This document shows positions 59,218-64,000 of a stretch of DNA of 64,000 nucleotides, one piece after another. A model generated the notes under the pieces. That model worked only from the letters and a program-made list of their open reading frames with translations. It was not told the origin of the DNA and did not search any database. The DNA is from Octopus sinensis (Eukaryota): NCBI RefSeq assembly GCF_006345805.1, contig NC_043014.1, positions 27,776,001 through 27,840,000 on the forward strand, given 5' to 3'. The position numbers were made by a program, and so were the translations under genes. Position 1 is the stretch's first letter; the number at the start of each line of letters is the position of its first letter.

Positions 59218-62200
59218 GCCTCTTCCTTCCAGCTCATCTCATCCCCACATGCCTCTCTGATCTCAAAGATCACCTCCTCACTTTACTCCACGTCAAAATC
59301 TGCCACCCACCTGGGTGAACACCTCACACTGTGATCTCCATATGAGGGTAATCACGTTCTCTTCTTCTCCTCCACCTGCATTGTCTGATGAAGTGGCAAA
59401 CATCCAAGACGTGACACGGCATTCCCTCCATAGAAGCATTATTTTTGGAGTTAACAGTCGTCTGTTCCACTGAGATGTGCAGCGTGCCTTCGGGGGCTTG
59501 ACCCAGACTTCATCTCCCACCTCTATGAAGACAGGCTTTCTCTCTTCCACAGGACATTTTGACGGTTTACTCAGATGCTGTCATTCATATATGAACATCG
59601 CTCTGTGTGGCACAGACTCTTCAGCCTATCCTGATTGGGGCAACATATTGTACCAGAACACTGCATACAGTGGCAAAATGTATCCCCTCTCCACCATGGC
59701 CTTCATCATTTGATGATGTCTTCTCATGATCCCATTTCCACTCAGCCTGTACGCTTCTCTGAAGAAGTGATGCACATTCCACTTACCAAGAAACTCCTTC
59801 AGTGTCTCTGAATGAAATGCAGTTCTATTGTCCATCAGCAATTCATCCACAGGGGCCCACTCCAGGAATATGTTGTTCAAGATATGTGCAATCTTGTCTG
59901 CAGTGCCTATCTTCAATTCCTTCCAAATGGTCATCTAACCCAGCCCACAGTCAACCATCGAGAGATATATCCCCTACCAGTTGTGTGTCATATTCTCTGC
60001 CAATCGTCTCCAGTTGTGCTCTACCAAAATGTTTCCCTGCTCGTACACACCCAGAGCAGGGTCAATGGATTGACACCTATCCACAATTCTTGACCACCTT
60101 TTGGATGCTCTGCCATGTGACATCGGCATCAATCCTCCTGGCAAGATACAGAGTTCTATCCACTCCTATATGATGCATGGCATGCAGTCTCCTTAGCTCC
60201 AAGTCACTTAACCAACATACTGCAGCTATCCCCTGCTTCAAATCTTCCAGCTCTGCCTACTAGGCCTTTTTAACCCTGGTTAGAACGTCTACCTTGATCC
60301 TTTTTGAAGGCACAAATTCTATGCTCAGCTTCAAACCAAATTTGGCAGCTAGGTGGTGCTTTAAAAACATCTCTGCTGCCCCAGTGGTTCAAACCCTCTT
60401 TTCATCAGTGATCACTGGTCCAAACCAGCCAAGCATGGTGGTCGAATCGGTTCAGATTTTGATGGAGTGCAGCCCCTATTTCAGGGCCAAATTCCCTACC
60501 TTCAACACTGTATCCAACTCAGCCACATTGATGTGGTTGTAATCATCAGCTTTTTGAAGCCAGGCTTGTCCTCCACTTTGATGCCTCCGATTTGCAGTAC
60601 AACACTTATCTGTATGCTGCTAGCATCACACCATACGGTCCCATTCTCCAATTTAGGCACGTACCTGTTACCTCTTACTGGGTCTTCTGCTCTTGTCTGC
60701 TGTAGGATCTTCCGCATTATCACCACTATTTCCTCTCCCTCTTTGTCTCCCCACTTTACTCCTTCTGCTCATCACCTGATGTAGCTGCATGCTGTCCTCA
60801 GCCACCCTGCAATTGGGTAGTGTTCCACAAGCCTCCCACATATCAAGAATAGTTCTCTCATGCTGATGCTGGTACCCAGTTCTGGGATCTTATTTCCTCT
60901 GCGGTTTTATCTCTATGAAGCTTGAGCCCCAGTGTTGCTCCTCCAACCATTGGTTCCAGTGGCTTTGCAATCAGCCTGAACTTCTTAAGGTGATATACAT
61001 CTGTGGCAGACACTACAGACTCATCTACCAAGATTCATCTATATAGGAATTGGTGGCCCTTCTTATCCTGTTCACCTTTCCCAGGATAGACTTGAGCACT
61101 GTCTCCATGATCTTCGGCATGGAATTTAGCCCAAAACCCAGCCTAGTCAAACAGTATGCCTGGCCCTTCTATTGCACCAGCTGATACTGCCAGTTTCTCA
61201 CTTGCATGGAGCTACAAATATGCCGATTTCAAGTTGACAATCATCATTGCCCTTGTCATATGTTTCCACTCGCACAGTGTCACACTGCAGACATCAGTTG
61301 CCTCACCACCTATGTGGCACAATACATGGCCATTCATCTCCTGAAAGTCCAGTACCAGCCTGACTTTGCTCTTTGTTGGCTGCACCACTGACATTAGTGG
61401 TAGCACTCCACTCACCACCTCCTCCTTCCATGGGATAAGGACACCTTCTTTAATCTACCTCTGTACCTCTCCTTCAAACCCACTCCTGGCATGTCCTTCA
61501 AGGTATGCTGATAGCAGCTCAGCCTGTTCTTCAGTATCTGTGGCTCCTCTTTTCAGTATCACTCTACCATCCACCACTGGCCATCAAACACCACCCAAAA
61601 ATTCTTGTCCTCAATGGTATAAGCAGTACAGTCCCTCGCACGGCTCTGCTCCCTCTCATGTAGTAGACTCATGGCACATGACGCCCCTGCACCACCAAAT
61701 GAAACCACATCTCCACCAACACTGACACCTCCAGCGTGGTTGATTGCATCCATCCCTATCACCATGTCAACCCCATCTACCATATGGTCTATCACAATCA
61801 CCTGCTGCCTCAGTGTTGTGCCTCACACCGCTATCTCCATGTCGCAGCTACCCTTACATTCAATCTCACTGCTGTCCACCGCCCAAACACTACTTGTCCC
61901 CTTCCATTTTTTTGTCATGTGAGATGTCATACAGCCCATATCTACACAGACTCTGAATGCTTTTCTCCCAACTGAGACTTCCACAATGAGCAACTGCATG
62001 AGCACCTCTACTCACTAACATGGGAAGTTTGAGAGGCAGCAACTTCTCCCTGGCTGCAATTTCAAGTGATATGCCCAGTTTGCCTTCACTAGTAGCAAAC
62101 AGGTCTGGGCTTCATCTCCACACAGTCCTTTACCATGTGCAGCCCTTGGCACTTAAAGCACTGGCTCTTGAACAGATGCTGTCGCTCCAAGACAGTTTTC

Positions 62201-62300
62201 TTCTCCCCATTCTGATTAATAAGGGTATCATGAACAGCATCACCCACACATTTAAGTATTTTCAAAACTATCAATATTACAGTTATCATGCTTGAACTCT
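58964..62300 (-). mobile_element. Ty3/Gypsy retrotransposon, decayed, complete domain order, 5' LTR not found
   Basis: Gag knuckles CFKCQGLHMVKDC and CY*CG; protease VDMG; RT RLVLDF, NLKSAYL, LGFGLNSMP, YIDE; RNase H VWCDAS, HINVAELD; integrase ELLMDNRTAF..GNGIMRRHH, VGDEVWVKPP. Confidence 0.88.
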
Positions 62301-63232
62301 GATGGTGGGAATTAATTTTGGTGTCATATCCATTATAACTTACCCTTGAGTATAAAATATAAAATTATAGGATATTATGTTATATGGTAGGTTGTATTAC
62401 ATTACATATGTTATATGCTATATATTGTGTTGTATGGTGTGCTATATGTATTATTATCCCTACCTAGTTAATCTGACTTCATCCTATTTTGGCAATTACA
62501 CTATTTTCTTTTCTATGAATTTTTACCCTACTAGTCATATAATGTATATTTGTAGTGATTTTATGAAAATAAGTCTCCCATGACTAAATCCTGTAACACA
62601 CAGAAACTATATAATTATACATACAATAACACCTGTAATATTACATCTTATAAAACCTTTGTTTGAATACCTTTCACAGCCCTCACTACTTCCATACCTA
62701 TTACCCACCTCTTTTTAGGTTACCGTTATCTTTTCCCTGCCTCTTTATATAAATGCATATGTATTTAATATTTTCTTTAAATTCTTATTGTTTTGTTTTC
62801 TTATTTTGATATCCTTACCTTACTAATCTCTTATCCTTTATAAATTGTTACGTTTCTTGTTCTTAAATTGATATTTTTCAGTTACTTAGGTCTATGCAAA
62901 ATATTTATACTATATTCTTTCATATAAGCATATATATGTGTATATGTATATATGCACACATAGATGTATGTGTGTGTGTGTGTGTATGTATATATATATG
63001 GGGAAAATGTTTAAACCCTCTTTGTATATGTATCTATATGCATTATTTTTACACTTTACACCTACTTATATCAGTACATATTTTTGAGTATATTTATATT
63101 TTATACCTTATAATTAATTATATCTATGTATTACCATTATCTTATCCTGCTTCCGATTCAATAGATATGTGCATCTTTCTTGATATTCCAAATGTAAGTG
63201 GCTTGAGCAGTCTTTATAGAAGAGGTATTAAA

Positions 63233-63390
63233 GAGTTCAAATTCCGCCGAGGTCGACTTTGCCTTTCATCCTTTCGGGGTCGATAAATTAAGTACCAGTT
63301 AAGCACTGGGGTCGATATAATCGACTTAATACCTATGTCTGTCCATGTTTGTCCCCTCTATGTTCAGCCCCTTGTGGGTAATAAAGAAAT
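63233..63390 (+). mobile_element. Young 5'-truncated SINE (family B core) with 10-bp TSD
   Basis: Flanked by AGGTATTAAA (63223-63232, 63391-63400). Starts at B-box-like GAGTTCAAATTCC and retains its CpGs. Confidence 0.85.
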
Positions 63391-63410
63391 AGGTATTAAA
63401 CTGATCTTAC

Positions 63411-63470
63411 ATAATAGTAATCTTCCCTTTTAATGTTTATAATAGTAATCTTCCCTTTTAATGTTTATAA
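63411..63470. repeat. 28-bp tandem duplication
   Basis: ataatagtaatcttcccttttaatgttt twice (63411, 63439). Confidence 0.9.
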
Positions 63471-64000
63471 TTGATACATGCTATTTAGCTATTTTGGTTA
63501 TGATATCATTTTCCGGAATTCTTAAATTTTATACAACATAACAATATTGTTTTTAAACGTTCCCTTATCGTGCCCCTAATAATATTTTCCCTGTATCTGC
63601 ATCTAAAGTTTTTCTTAGTGTTTGCCCCTTTAACTGGTAATTAATATCATGATTTAAAGTCTACCCCTACCATGCCACTTTTTTATAGACAGTTACTTCT
63701 ATCTAATTGACTCTTCCTAAAGTTTTGTTTTTCTCTTGAGGGGAAAGGGATACCTATGATAATATTTATGACCAATAGCTAACCATGAGCTGTCAACTCA
63801 CTCTTGTTCTTTATTCTAAATACACTCTACTAATAACAGATTTTAGATGAATATGCGATAAATAAATTGAAAATGAATTACACCCCTATGACCCCACTAT
63901 GCTCCATGCTATTCTAAGGAATTGTAGGTTGTTTTTTTCATTAGTCACTTTTGCTACAATAGCAACATAAATTCTTCCAGCATTCTATCTGTTGAAATTC

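Overview
AT-rich, repeat-saturated animal genomic DNA, most likely an octopus or related coleoid cephalopod. That assignment is an inference from the SINE families, abundant (TA)n/(TACA)n arrays and a single-exon C2H2 zinc-finger gene. Two host genes are well supported, both on the minus strand: a 734-aa protein with 7 C2H2 fingers (11699-13903) and an intronless Tim9 (57525-57818). A CpG-retaining segment at about 33.4-35.5 kb looks like a bidirectional promoter. Most of the rest is mobile-element debris: Buster-type hAT, several mariner/Tc1, Tigger, Helitron, RTE and CRE LINEs, Penelope-like elements, two Ty3/Gypsy remnants, SINEs and two long-inverted-repeat MITEs with target-site duplications. 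The most notable hidden structure is a pair of inverted Penelope-associated repeats, each carrying a minimal hammerhead-ribozyme motif (16149-16196 +, 23556-23603 -), which bracket Penelope RT and GIY-YIG fragments. All calls come from manual reading; no database searches were run.
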